Below are positions 28,378-38,992 of a stretch of 64,000 bases of DNA, piece by piece. A program made the position numbers and the translations under genes. The stretch comes from a virus. Its lineage: Duplodnaviria > Heunggongvirae > Uroviricota > Caudoviricetes. Every line of letters begins with the position of its first letter. Positions within the stretch are counted from its first letter, which is position 1. Where the stretch lies: the IMG/VR virus record IMGVR_UViG_3300009515_000001, one strand, 5' to 3'. Below the pieces are notes generated by a model that saw only the letters and a list, made by a program, of their open reading frames with translations, was not told the origin of the DNA and made no database searches.

Positions 28378-29806
28378 AATCGTAGTCTTATCTGGAATTG
28401 TTATAGCAACATTACTTTATTTTGTATTACCTGGTTTACTATTTCAAGAGGCCGAAGGAGCTTACTGTGCAGATACATGCCAAAAAAGACTAGCTGAACA
28501 AAAAGGCCAAACCACAAAAAGCACAACTTCAAAAGCAACAACATCAAACGAACCTAAATGTTATGGAATCTATTGTGACAAAAACAATGATAAAAAAGAT
28601 AATGATTCTGTAACTAAATATCAGAAATCAATTACAAATAGAAACTTTATCTCAATCCAAGTTTCAGAAACATGTCAGCTTTCAGGAACATGTCCTACAT
28701 TAAAAGAACTTGCAGATATGTATGATAACTCGGATCGTTACCTAAGTGGTGACTTTTCATTTAATGAGGAAACACAAATGTGGGAAAGATCAAAACCACA
28801 AATTTACAATGTGTTTGAACTATACAAGTGGATGAACCTGCCTTGGGTTGTATTTGTAGCGCCTGATGACTATACATGGGATAGAAGTAAGCAAATTATT
28901 ATTGAATCACAACTACATTACATAGATTCTAAAGACCAAATAAAAGATCAAGTTAGGATAGAATACAAAGGACTAAGTATGGAATCCTGTAAATCTGCAA
29001 CCATTGGCTGGGTAAACAACGGTTCAGAAATTTTATTAGATGTTTTAAATCATTTTTATTCAAACTGTAAAGAACCAGTTCACTTTGATCCAAAGATTGA
29101 GATATTTATGAATAGTACAATTTTTCCAGAATGTGATAGAGAATGTTTCTATCTTAAAGATCAGTTCAAGCATGAATTAAAAGCCGAGCATTTAATTTCA
29201 TCAGAAGAATGGGAAAGAAACAACTGTAAAGACGATGATGAAAGTAAGTATAGTAAACTATCAAGTTACGACAGAAATAAAGCTGAATGTGATAGAATTA
29301 GGGCAAGTTTAGATCTTGAAGATGATGACGATGACGAACCATGCTACGGAATTTATTGTGATGATAAAAAGAAAAAACCAAAAGTAGAACCCAAAACTGC
29401 ATTTGAGATAAGGCAAGAACGTATAAAGGAACTAGAAGATATTCAACAATGTAAGGAAGATAAGATTTGGGATGAGTTGAAAATAGATGGAAAGTATCGA
29501 AGATTACTATATAACTGTGATGACAAAGAAGATCGAAATGAATATGCTGATATTTTACTTTGTGAACAGGTTTATGATGAAGATGTTGACTGTAATAATG
29601 ATGACCAAAGGAAAAAACAATTAGAAAAGATTAATGAAAAGCCACCGCCAGATTTAGAGGTTTTAGAATGTGAGAAATTCAAAGCCTATGAAATGACAAT
29701 TCCAGAAAGAAAAGCTAGGGCGACTATTGTGACCTGTGAAGATCAGTTCGAAAGAGATGAATACTTGCAGGAAATGAAAAACATATACCCTGAAGGTTTA
29801 CCATAA
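28355..29806 (+). CDS. N-terminally anchored or secreted Cys-rich protein (483 aa) with duplicated CYGIYCD motif
   Basis: TM/signal segment; PKCYGIYCDKNNDKK and EPCYGIYCDDKKKKP repeats; many paired Cys. Confidence 0.6.
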   Translation: MVQISLGRIVVLSGIVIATLLYFVLPGLLFQEAEGAYCADTCQKRLAEQKGQTTKSTTSKATTSNEPKCYGIYCDKNNDKKDNDSVTKYQKSITNRNFISIQVSETCQLSGTCPTLKELADMYDNSDRYLSGDFSFNEETQMWERSKPQIYNVFELYKWMNLPWVVFVAPDDYTWDRSKQIIIESQLHYIDSKDQIKDQVRIEYKGLSMESCKSATIGWVNNGSEILLDVLNHFYSNCKEPVHFDPKIEIFMNSTIFPECDRECFYLKDQFKHELKAEHLISSEEWERNNCKDDDESKYSKLSSYDRNKAECDRIRASLDLEDDDDDEPCYGIYCDDKKKKPKVEPKTAFEIRQERIKELEDIQQCKEDKIWDELKIDGKYRRLLYNCDDKEDRNEYADILLCEQVYDEDVDCNNDDQRKKQLEKINEKPPPDLEVLECEKFKAYEMTIPERKARATIVTCEDQFERDEYLQEMKNIYPEGLP

Positions 29807-29807
29807 A

Positions 29808-29821
29808 TTCTTTTAAATAAC
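29808..29821 (+). promoter_or_regulatory. TTCTTTTAAATAAC promoter box; implies true start ATG 29845 for the next gene
   Basis: One-mismatch copy of the recurring box. Confidence 0.45.
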
Positions 29822-29826
29822 CTAAA

Positions 29827-30906
29827 TTGTTAAAAAAAATTCGTATGGTACTGTCACTGGCGTTTATTATCGCTTTCATAGGTGCAGCAGTTGCTCTTTT
29901 AATAGGAATTTTAATATTTTCAGAAGTTTCAGACAGTCTGGTATGCCCAGCTCCCGCTGGTGGTGGGGGAACTGTTGATATTACAGGCTATGATAATCTT
30001 GGATCGATAGGTTCATCAGCGGATGCGAATTATTTTGATGATGGTGATCCATTTAATTTTACTTCTGTGACAGGTATAATTAATGAAGGTGCGTTCCAAA
30101 ACGGTACAGCAACAGGTGGTAATGAAGCTGTAATAGTATTTGCACCATCACTTGCAGTAACATCAGACTTTGACTTTTTACATCAAGGCACAACTGGTAA
30201 CAACATTACAAGCATAAATTTCTGGATGAAGGGAGATGTAGATGGAGCACCTGCATATCCAGTTTTAAACACTGGTTCTAGTGATTCTGGTGGCACAGGA
30301 TTATCAGTTTGGACACAATCTGGAACAACTACATACTTTACAATTTATGAAGGCGGTGGAACTTCACTTGTAGATCAAAGCTCAATAGCCCAAATTCCAG
30401 ATGATGCAAGTTGGCACATGATAACTTATGTTTATGATAAAGGTAATATGACTAGTAATTTCGGATTTATGTGCTTAGACGCTTCTTGTACTAACACTGG
30501 CACAATAATTGGAACTCCATTTTCTGCTGAAACAAATTCAGCAGCTAACCCATTAACATTAGGTGGTGGAACTGGTTATGCTTCTGGACCAGTCGAAAAT
30601 GAGTTTGATGTCGATGAAATTATAATTTGGCAAGGTTATCAATTAACACAGTCAGATATTGATAATATGTATAATTCTGGATCAGGTGCAACAGGAATAG
30701 GAATCGCAAGTGGTTCACAAGTTTTAGCAGTTACATTTGATGAAGGTTCACAACAAGTAGTTGTAAGTGGCGGTAGTGGTGGTCAAGGTTCAGACGAATG
30801 TGAACAAGCCAAAGATACTGCATGGACTGTTATAGGCATATTGCCTGTTGCTTTATTCTTTGCCCTCTTTGCAATATTTGGTAGCTTAGGTGGCAGACAA
30901 AGTTAA
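29827..30906 (+). CDS. membrane-anchored protein with concanavalin/LamG-like (Laminin_G_3-like) beta-sandwich domain
   Basis: N- and C-terminal TM helices; SWHMITYVYDKGNMTSNFGFMCLDASC resembles the Laminin_G_3 core; Gly/Thr/Ser-rich. Confidence 0.5.
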   Translation: MLKKIRMVLSLAFIIAFIGAAVALLIGILIFSEVSDSLVCPAPAGGGGTVDITGYDNLGSIGSSADANYFDDGDPFNFTSVTGIINEGAFQNGTATGGNEAVIVFAPSLAVTSDFDFLHQGTTGNNITSINFWMKGDVDGAPAYPVLNTGSSDSGGTGLSVWTQSGTTTYFTIYEGGGTSLVDQSSIAQIPDDASWHMITYVYDKGNMTSNFGFMCLDASCTNTGTIIGTPFSAETNSAANPLTLGGGTGYASGPVENEFDVDEIIIWQGYQLTQSDIDNMYNSGSGATGIGIASGSQVLAVTFDEGSQQVVVSGGSGGQGSDECEQAKDTAWTVIGILPVALFFALFAIFGSLGGRQS

Positions 30907-31091
30907 TTGGGCAAGAAAGGATCTTTTACAAAAAAAGGCGAGAAAGTAATCAAGGCAATCAAACGTAGAAACAAAAAACTACCAAAGTCTAAACGTATAA
31001 ATCCATTTGCTGTTGCAACAGCAAGAGGACTACGTAGAAAAAACAGATGAATTTCAAGCCTCTAAATATAAAATTTACTAACCAAACACCT

Positions 31092-31712
31092 TCATAATTT
31101 AAACCTGACACAATCAATATACACTATTGCTTTTTTGAAATCCTTCCATACAACAGGATAGTCTTTTTGTAAACATCTAAAGACCAATCCCTTATCTTGT
31201 GTTATTATAATATAGTCATCTTTCATAGCAAATTGTAAAAGAGTTTGATCTGCCACACCTATTCCTGTTGGGTGTCCATTATTTTTACATAAAGTCGTTG
31301 AGTTGATAACATTCGGGATAGTAGATTGAAAGTTGTTTGCGGCAAGGTTTTCATCTAATACAAATTTCTTATCAGTCTGGTTTGTTAGATCATAGAGTAT
31401 TTTCCAGAATGGGTTATGAACAGTCATTCTAATTCTCTTCAAAACAAGACTACGTTCAATCATTTTAGTAGGTCTTGCACTAACAGCTTTGAAGCCCTTT
31501 CTAGTCAGTTTTGGTGTCTTTGCCTTGTTTTTTTCAGTTCTATATGGTGGAAAAGCATAGTCATTTGGAAATCCACTCTTATCTTTAAACCTCTCATAGA
31601 ATTTAGGTTCAGTCAAATCAATGATTTTCTTGCCAGGATTAGGAATTTCCTTAAAACCATCTCGTTCCTTTATCGCTTTACTGGTAGAATAGAAAGGTTG
31701 CTCTTTCATCAA
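31092..31712 (-). CDS. hypothetical protein (206 aa), divergent from SPFH gene
   Basis: Non-overlapping minus-strand ORF; AT-rich divergent promoter region 31713-31804. Confidence 0.5.
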   Translation of the reverse strand: MMKEQPFYSTSKAIKERDGFKEIPNPGKKIIDLTEPKFYERFKDKSGFPNDYAFPPYRTEKNKAKTPKLTRKGFKAVSARPTKMIERSLVLKRIRMTVHNPFWKILYDLTNQTDKKFVLDENLAANNFQSTIPNVINSTTLCKNNGHPTGIGVADQTLLQFAMKDDYIIITQDKGLVFRCLQKDYPVVWKDFKKAIVYIDCVRFKL

Positions 31713-31804
31713 AAAATGAGATAAATACCATACTATATTAGTTATTAAGGCTTTAGGCTACAAGAATATTTTTAAATATGTTATAATGAAGATGTTATAA
31801 TGTT

Positions 31805-32992
31805 ATGTATAATGATGGGGTAATTGAAGAAGGGGGTTATGAAGAACGATCTGTTGTTTCCACTCCAGTAGGTTTAGTTGTACTGTTTTTAGGCGGTCTG
31901 ATCATTTTTACATTAATCACACTAGTATTAAAAAACCCAGTATGGACATGGTTCGACAACTTGATGATCCACGAAATTTTTGTAGATACAACAACTATGG
32001 ATCTAACAGACGAACAGGTAGAGGGGATTACCAATATGGCATTTGATTGGAATTGGATCTGGCAGGGATTTTTAATTTTAGTAGTAGTTATTATCATAGC
32101 AAAAGGCATTAGGATCATTAGACCAACTCATAGGGCGGCTGTTGAAACACTTGGGAAATATACTGGTTTTAAAAAATCAGGAATTACATACGTTCTGCCT
32201 TTCATTCAAAAGCTTTACGATGTAAATATCACAGATCAGTTGGTAGATGTTCAACGCCAAGAGGTAATCACAAAGGATAATCTTAACTGTAAAGTGGATG
32301 CACAGGTGTATTACAAGGTAGGAGAAACCGAATCTGAACTAAAAAAGGCATTATACAAGGTAAACAGCTATGAAAGACAGATTGTTCAGCTAGCTAGAAC
32401 CACTCTAAGAAACGTAATCGGTGATAATTTATTCAAAGATGTAAACTCTCAAAGGGGAAAACTTAACGTAGAAGTCTTTGAAACTATGGAAAAGGAAACA
32501 AGAGATTGGGGAATTAATCTGGTTCGTGTTGAATTAAAGGAAATTGAACCACCAGCAGACGTACAACAAACAATGAACATGGTTATCAAAGCAGAAAATG
32601 AAAAACAGTCAGCAATTGACTTTGCAAATGCAACAGAAACAAAGGCAGACGGTCAAAGAAGAGCAGAAATTAAGCTAGCAGAAGGAGAAAAACAATCACA
32701 AATACTAAAAGCACAAGGAGAAGCACAAGCTATAATTGCAGTTGCAGAAGCAAAAGCAAAACAAATTGAGTTGGTAAATAGTGCTGCAGATAAATATTTC
32801 AAAGGAAACGCACAGACTTTGGAGAAATTACAGGTTACAAGGGATTCACTTCAAATTAATACCAAGTATATTATGACAAAAGAAGGAATTACACCTACAT
32901 TGGTTGTTAATGAATCAGGTGAAAGTATAATTCCAATTAAAAAAGAAAGCCAAAAAAGTCAAATACATGAAGCTTATGAGGATATTCAGTAA
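31805..32992 (+). CDS. SPFH/band-7 (stomatin/prohibitin-like) membrane protein
   Basis: N-terminal TM, SPFH core (IRIIRPTHRAAVETLGKY...QVYYKV...), A/E/K coiled-coil tail. Confidence 0.75.
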   Translation: MYNDGVIEEGGYEERSVVSTPVGLVVLFLGGLIIFTLITLVLKNPVWTWFDNLMIHEIFVDTTTMDLTDEQVEGITNMAFDWNWIWQGFLILVVVIIIAKGIRIIRPTHRAAVETLGKYTGFKKSGITYVLPFIQKLYDVNITDQLVDVQRQEVITKDNLNCKVDAQVYYKVGETESELKKALYKVNSYERQIVQLARTTLRNVIGDNLFKDVNSQRGKLNVEVFETMEKETRDWGINLVRVELKEIEPPADVQQTMNMVIKAENEKQSAIDFANATETKADGQRRAEIKLAEGEKQSQILKAQGEAQAIIAVAEAKAKQIELVNSAADKYFKGNAQTLEKLQVTRDSLQINTKYIMTKEGITPTLVVNESGESIIPIKKESQKSQIHEAYEDIQ

Positions 32993-33654
32993 TGAGAATC
33001 GATACAAACTCCTGGCATTACAAAATGAATTACAGAAATTATGGTGATTCAATTCCCAAGAGTTTATGTCCTTATTTCTGGTCAACAGTTCTTTCAGTAA
33101 TTATGATCAGTTGGCTGTCTGCTTTATTTAACTTGATTGAAAAACAACATTGGCACTTACCAGAAGTAAATATTGGGATTTTTAATTTTCTCGGTAAACA
33201 TCGTATGGCTATGTTAATTGCTTTAAACGGAGGAGTTTTTTCAATGGGAGCTATAAGTTACTTTGGCTATGGGAATATTTCAGGGTTTTTTTCTATGGGT
33301 ATTGGTGCAGGAATGACAATTTTTATGCTCTTTTCAGATAGGATTTTCAAAGCAACTTCAAGAACCACATATAAAATTCCAGACAGAAACACACAACCAT
33401 CTATTTTTAAAGAGTTTGTAAAAGCCAAACATAAATCAGTTTGTCCAATGTTGGAGTTTGTAGATGTAAAAAAGGAAGAGTTTAACAAAAATGTAAAGAA
33501 AATCGGAGAGAAAGAATCACCAATAATCATATTCGATGATGTTTCATTTGAATTAGATAATCTTTCAGAAGATGATAAAAATATGTTAAACAGAAAATAT
33601 CAACAACAAAATTGGCGACCAAACCAAGTGGAGAGTGAAGCACACGAAAGTTAG
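32992..33654 (+). CDS. polytopic membrane protein
   Basis: ORF track; start overlaps stop of SPFH gene. Confidence 0.5.
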   Translation: MRIDTNSWHYKMNYRNYGDSIPKSLCPYFWSTVLSVIMISWLSALFNLIEKQHWHLPEVNIGIFNFLGKHRMAMLIALNGGVFSMGAISYFGYGNISGFFSMGIGAGMTIFMLFSDRIFKATSRTTYKIPDRNTQPSIFKEFVKAKHKSVCPMLEFVDVKKEEFNKNVKKIGEKESPIIIFDDVSFELDNLSEDDKNMLNRKYQQQNWRPNQVESEAHES

Positions 33655-33694
33655 AAAAACAATCGCCTTTAATCAATTTTCGGGAGGTGATTAA

Positions 33695-33937
33695 ATGGCA
33701 AGAAAAATAAAAAGAAAAACCACCAGAAGAAAAACTAGAAGAAGAACCACTAAAAGAAAAACTAAGAGTAAAACTTCAAAGAAAAAAAGAAAGCCCTTTG
33801 GAGGTTACTCAATAAATTTCACTAATAGACATGAAACAATGGAAGAAGTGTTTGGCAAGAAGCAGATTACTCCTGCTCAAATGACTAAGATCCTATGGAA
33901 GTTCATTAAGAAACATAGGTTAGCTAGTCATGGATGA
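33695..33937 (+). CDS. very basic KRKT-rich small protein; C-terminal helix weakly SWIB/MDM2-like
   Basis: GGGAGGTGAT SD 4 nt upstream; KILWKFIKKHRL resembles the SWIB helix (weak). Confidence 0.45.
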   Translation: MARKIKRKTTRRKTRRRTTKRKTKSKTSKKKRKPFGGYSINFTNRHETMEEVFGKKQITPAQMTKILWKFIKKHRLASHG

Positions 33938-34724
33938 GATCATTAAATTACGAGAGTTAGATCAAATTTCCAAAAATCTTCCAGATGGAATGAAAGAAAT
34001 TGCAAAGCAGATGATGTTTAATTATCAAAATGCACTTATATCTACTGGTTCAGTAAAGGGAAATTTAATTAAAAAACTTTCAAACAGACACATAGACAAA
34101 CACGATAACGATGATCTTTTTTATGAAAAGTTACTTCATCAACCACTTATAGAAATTGGAAGGTTCAGACAGTTTTTCATTTCAGCCATGTCAAAAGGAG
34201 ATAGAAAAACTGCAATCCAGTGTCTTTACAATATAGTTGGAAGGTTGCCACAAGAACTTGAGTTTGATTTTGATGACAGGTTTTACCATGATCTAGAAAA
34301 AAGGTATCCTAGTATTGAGTTACTAGAGAAATTATCATCAAGAATTGAAAATGCAATTACGAAATATACTGAATTTCTCATAAATGATTCTAGTAACAAC
34401 TGGAAACAACGAAGGGATCGAAGAAGAGAAATGGCAAGAAATTTGATGATGAAACGAAAAAGATTTGCTGAAATTGCAAGACAAAGAAAATTAACCAACT
34501 ACGGTCAAGAACCAATGAAACCAAAAAGAATTTGCAGATTTGGGCACCCAATAATTGTTTCAACATGCAAATTTCATCATAGGGAAGGAACGATCGATAA
34601 GAGAGCAAAAATAGAAAAAGAATTCTTAAGGATAATTCACCAGAAATTCCAACCCAAACACTGGCTTAAAGAAGCTTACACAAGGTTTTTTTGGCTTGAT
34701 TATAAAAAAAGGATTGAGGCTTGA
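33930..34724 (+). CDS. hypothetical protein (264 aa)
   Basis: ORF track. Confidence 0.5.
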   Translation: MDEIIKLRELDQISKNLPDGMKEIAKQMMFNYQNALISTGSVKGNLIKKLSNRHIDKHDNDDLFYEKLLHQPLIEIGRFRQFFISAMSKGDRKTAIQCLYNIVGRLPQELEFDFDDRFYHDLEKRYPSIELLEKLSSRIENAITKYTEFLINDSSNNWKQRRDRRREMARNLMMKRKRFAEIARQRKLTNYGQEPMKPKRICRFGHPIIVSTCKFHHREGTIDKRAKIEKEFLRIIHQKFQPKHWLKEAYTRFFWLDYKKRIEA

Positions 34725-34903
34725 TGGTCAGACTTTGGAAGATTACGCATAAAGGAAATTGGGAAGAACAAACTCTAACAGTTAAAGGAGATACATTAGA
34801 AGAAGCTGTTCTCGCTTTTGAATTATATGAAGAAAAACAACAATCACAAGCTAGAGCAAAACATATCATAAAAGCTGAAATGATCGGGGATAGTGTTAAC
34901 TGA
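34721..34903 (+). CDS. small protein
   Basis: ORF track. Confidence 0.35.
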   Translation: MMVRLWKITHKGNWEEQTLTVKGDTLEEAVLAFELYEEKQQSQARAKHIIKAEMIGDSVN

Positions 34904-35362
34904 AAGTGAGGCATATTATTGAACTGTAAAAAATGCGGATTTGAACATTTTGGAATGACATGTGATAACTTCATAGATGCTATGAGGGCATGGGATCATG
35001 AACCATGCAACGACTGTGGTTTTGGACCAATGTGGCCTCATAAAGATTGTAAGGAGTGTAATTCGTTTTTTGAGTAATTGTCAAAGAATAGGAAATTATA
35101 CTTTGATGTATGAAAATCCCTATGACGATGAAGTGAAATTAATAGTATGGAAAACACATAGAGAAGATGACATACCTTTCAGTGAGGTAATAAAAATTGA
35201 CTGAAATAATGGATTGTCTGAAATGCAGATTTCCAGATTACACCTGGTATGAAGTCTTAAAAGATAATTGTGGGAATGGTAAAAGTGTAAAAGAAGTATT
35301 TGATGAGTGTCTTTGTCCAAAACATTACAAAGAATTAAGAAAAATCGTAAACGAGATCGGAT

Positions 35363-35665
35363 ATGAACGAGTATGATGATCTAGTTAAACAGTTTTGGAA
35401 AACAAGAAACGGAATTTTCAGGTTTAGAAAATGGTTGATTGTTCAATGTATAGCAGGGATTGGTTCACAAATTTTAGCAGTTAGTTTACTTTCGGATACA
35501 CCGTATTTTTTTGGATTGGTTTTATTTGGAACTATCATTTTCATTAGTGGTGCTTTCTTTTTAAACAGAAATAATAAACATGTAGAAGAAATTAATAAGC
35601 AAGGTGATAGATTGTTTTACCGAGATCCAAATTGGAGAGAAAAAAATGGGAGAACTGTTTATTAA
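35363..35665 (+). CDS. 2-TM membrane protein
   Basis: ORF track. Confidence 0.4.
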   Translation: MNEYDDLVKQFWKTRNGIFRFRKWLIVQCIAGIGSQILAVSLLSDTPYFFGLVLFGTIIFISGAFFLNRNNKHVEEINKQGDRLFYRDPNWREKNGRTVY

Positions 35666-35810
35666 AATAATACCAAAAGACAGTGAAGTTGCTGAAGAAG
35701 TTTCAGTAATGAAGTTTGATTCCAATTATGTTTGGGATAAAACTGTCTTGGATACAATAGATCACTATCTAAAAAACGACCAGATTATAGAGGTTAAATT
35801 AATAAAATGA
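35604..35810 (+). CDS. small protein
   Basis: ORF track. Confidence 0.35.
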   Translation: MIDCFTEIQIGEKKMGELFIKIIPKDSEVAEEVSVMKFDSNYVWDKTVLDTIDHYLKNDQIIEVKLIK

Positions 35811-36172
35811 TGAGATGTGCAGTACCAGAAATTAGAATTGGTGATCTAGTTAAAGTAACCTTAGCAAAGGATTCAAAAGTTTATGAACTGGTTGATATTG
35901 CAGTCTGGAACAAAGCCCAAACAATAAAAACAATCGAAATGCAAGAGCTAAAACTTCCTTATGATCCAACAAAAAAAGATAAAATATTATTCAAAAAGAA
36001 GCAATCAAAGGCAAAGATCAGGCTAAGACATAATGATCGAATAATGATAAAGACAAAAACTGATGCTAAACCATACCAAGTTTTCGTTTCATCGGCTTAT
36101 CAAAACGACAAAGAGATAGGCAAAGTATTTTTCACAAAACTGATGAATCCCGCGTTTAGGTGTAATGTTTAG
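35807..36172 (+). CDS. hypothetical protein
   Basis: ORF track. Confidence 0.45.
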   Translation: MMRCAVPEIRIGDLVKVTLAKDSKVYELVDIAVWNKAQTIKTIEMQELKLPYDPTKKDKILFKKKQSKAKIRLRHNDRIMIKTKTDAKPYQVFVSSAYQNDKEIGKVFFTKLMNPAFRCNV

Positions 36173-36374
36173 TTTGAATTTCAATCAATGGATAATGGTT
36201 TTCATGTTAATAACAAGCAACCTAAGTATGATCTTTGGTGTTTTTTTTCTTATAAATTCACTTGAAATTGATAATGAAATCGCTTCATGGCAATCCTATT
36301 TTATGATAGTTTTGGGTGCATTGGGTGTAGTTGTTTTTTCAAGGTTTTATGAAAAACTTTTTGTTTTAAAATGA
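36165..36374 (+). CDS. small 2-TM membrane protein
   Basis: ORF track. Confidence 0.35.
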   Translation: MFSLNFNQWIMVFMLITSNLSMIFGVFFLINSLEIDNEIASWQSYFMIVLGALGVVVFSRFYEKLFVLK

Positions 36375-36548
36375 GATTAAAATGCGATAAATGTAACCAC
36401 CAAGCCTTCTCACATACAAAAGAAGGTTGCCAAGTATGGTATTGTGATTGCCCTAGATATATAGGACCAATGGGGAAAACAATCAACCCATACAAAAAAT
36501 AATTGTATTATACGAAAATAAGTTTATAACATATACAATTATAGTTTT

Positions 36549-38540
36549 TTGATGAGTAAAAATTTAAATAATAAAATTAAGAAGGGTAAAACGAACGAAG
36601 TAAAGGGTGTTCCTATTAACTTTCAATCGGTGAAAAATTACACCCCACTTGTTCAATCTACATTAAGATTATTCAACGCAGTTCCAATAGAATCAAAAAC
36701 GAAGAAAAATCCATCAAAAAAGATCCTTTCAAAGACACTAAATCATGGGTTTATTATTTCACCAGAAGTAGTTTCAAACTATTCAGAAGATGAGATACTT
36801 GACATTATAGAAGAAGTTTCTAACGAGATCGGTTTAACACCAGAACAAATGAATTCATCATTCCATAAGTCCTGGAAAAAAGTTAGGGAAGCACCAATAT
36901 TCCAATTAGTAGTAGAACAGATATTTCATTACATTACAACTTATGGATATGAAAGACTTGGTATCTATGATAAAAATTCCGTTTTCATTCCTAATGAAGA
37001 ACTAAAAATCTCAAAACTAAAAGATGGAATAAAACTTACAGTAATAAACGGATACACAAAATCACAGTTAAAAGAAAAAATAATCAATCTACTTGGAAGT
37101 GGAATTGCTTTAAAATCAATTGATGAAATCATTGAAGTTGCTACATTTTGTGAATTCAAACTAAAGGATTTTACAAATATAAAAAACAAGGAAATTAGAA
37201 TCAGGCTTTATGATAAAATGCAAATACTTCCAGAATTGCCTTTAGAGTTCTTAAGGTTCATAATCTACAAAAAAACAGATGATTCTTTACTAATTATTAA
37301 CAAGGATACAATCTCAAAAATAAAGGATTCAAACACAGATGTAAAATTCTTATTCAGACAATACGATGAAACATTTGCATTTGGTTACAAGAGATTAGCA
37401 GAAATCTTCTTAAGGTTTAAGCCATTATTTTTAGCACTTAGACAAGAAGATAGAATGGCTCCGATTATAAACAAAATCAGTCATTTATCAAATAAATATC
37501 ACAAGCCATTGGAAAGATCAGTACTAAATGATGTTACTGGTCTATTAAAAAACAAACAAATGGGAATTGAAAAATACACAAAACTAAAAAAAGAATTAGA
37601 AAACTGCAATATTTTTAGAAAGATCAGACTTCTTTCTGCACTAAATTATCGAATAAACGGTTCACCAAGTATGTTATACAAAATTAGAAATGGAAAAGGT
37701 TATGCTAAAAGATCTGAATTTTTAAACATTGGTGAAGCAAAGAGTGTTTTTGACATTGTAATGGAATCAATTCTTTTGGATCTACAACATCTAAAAGGTA
37801 AAAAATTCTTTATTCCAAGAAATATCAAGTATGCTTTACCAGCAACAGCAAAACAGTTTACAGGAAATATTCCTTCGGGGAGTTATATTATTATTCCTAA
37901 AGATATGATTTTTGGAGTTTATTGGGTAAATGTAGGTAGCCATAGAATTGATTTGGATTTGAGTACAATCTCTTTAAAACATGGAAAGGTTGGCTGGGAT
38001 TCATTATACAGATCCGATGATGAAAACATTCTATTTAGTGGTGATATAACAGATGCACCAAACGGAGCTTCTGAATTGTTTTATGTTGCAAGAAACTATG
38101 ATGATGTTATTTTGCTTTGTCTTAATTATTACAATTATAACCAAGATATTCCAGTTCCTTACAAGATTTTAATTGCCGAAGAAAAACCACGAAAATCATT
38201 TCATTCGTACATGGTAAATCCAAATAAGATCCAATGCGTAACAAAGGCAGAAATAAAGCATAAACAAAGAATTCTAGGAATTGTAAAAATTACTAACAAC
38301 GAATGTAGATTCTACTTTTCAGAAACTGCTTTAGGCAAGTCAATAACATCAAGAGAAAATGATTACAGTTTGACATCAAGGGAGTATTTGCAACATTATA
38401 CGACAAATATGATAACATTAAACGATGTATTGGAAATGGCAGGTGCAGAAATAACTTCAAAAAAACAAAACAATTCAATAGACCTTTCACCAGAAACACT
38501 ACAAAAAGACACAATTATTGGACTGTTAATTGGCAAATGA
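36549..38540 (+). CDS. large hypothetical protein (663 aa); no recognisable motif
   Basis: 2-kb ORF on the dominant strand. Confidence 0.65.
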   Translation: MMSKNLNNKIKKGKTNEVKGVPINFQSVKNYTPLVQSTLRLFNAVPIESKTKKNPSKKILSKTLNHGFIISPEVVSNYSEDEILDIIEEVSNEIGLTPEQMNSSFHKSWKKVREAPIFQLVVEQIFHYITTYGYERLGIYDKNSVFIPNEELKISKLKDGIKLTVINGYTKSQLKEKIINLLGSGIALKSIDEIIEVATFCEFKLKDFTNIKNKEIRIRLYDKMQILPELPLEFLRFIIYKKTDDSLLIINKDTISKIKDSNTDVKFLFRQYDETFAFGYKRLAEIFLRFKPLFLALRQEDRMAPIINKISHLSNKYHKPLERSVLNDVTGLLKNKQMGIEKYTKLKKELENCNIFRKIRLLSALNYRINGSPSMLYKIRNGKGYAKRSEFLNIGEAKSVFDIVMESILLDLQHLKGKKFFIPRNIKYALPATAKQFTGNIPSGSYIIIPKDMIFGVYWVNVGSHRIDLDLSTISLKHGKVGWDSLYRSDDENILFSGDITDAPNGASELFYVARNYDDVILLCLNYYNYNQDIPVPYKILIAEEKPRKSFHSYMVNPNKIQCVTKAEIKHKQRILGIVKITNNECRFYFSETALGKSITSRENDYSLTSREYLQHYTTNMITLNDVLEMAGAEITSKKQNNSIDLSPETLQKDTIIGLLIGK

Positions 38541-38992
38541 GTGAAATAGATATACTTACTCAACAGATCATAGAGTTAGAACCACTAATAGAATCAAGAC
38601 GATATGAAATCGGATTTATGTTCGCTGGGCTATTTGGCACTTTAATCGCTGGATCAATTCTAAGTGCAACCTTTAATGATCCAGGAAGATTATTAGGATT
38701 CGCTTTACTTTGTGCAACATTACCAATTGGAGTATTATTATTTTCTGAACTTAATTCACCAGATTCGCCAATTATTAAACAAAATGAGTTAATTGATCTT
38801 AGAAGTAATATGACTAAAGCACAGATCAAATCTTTATCTTGTGAGGAATTACGATTAGATATTTTAGAAAAATTAGAAAGTGATAATATTCCAGAATGGA
38901 TCAAGGAACATGACGAGTTTCAACGAGATCTTTATTATCACAAATGTGAAATCCCATTAAGGGAAGAAGTAATGAAGTTAGGTGATAAATAA
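38537..38992 (+). CDS. membrane protein
   Basis: ORF track; 2 TM. Confidence 0.5.
   Translation: MSEIDILTQQIIELEPLIESRRYEIGFMFAGLFGTLIAGSILSATFNDPGRLLGFALLCATLPIGVLLFSELNSPDSPIIKQNELIDLRSNMTKAQIKSLSCEELRLDILEKLESDNIPEWIKEHDEFQRDLYYHKCEIPLREEVMKLGDK

Noticed and set aside
34998-35204. 68-aa ORF 34998-35204 as annotated
   Set aside because: Its first half overlaps a convincing Cys-rich zinc-finger ORF (TTG 34919 to 35078) in another frame. Only the distal part (ATG 35106-35204) may be coding.
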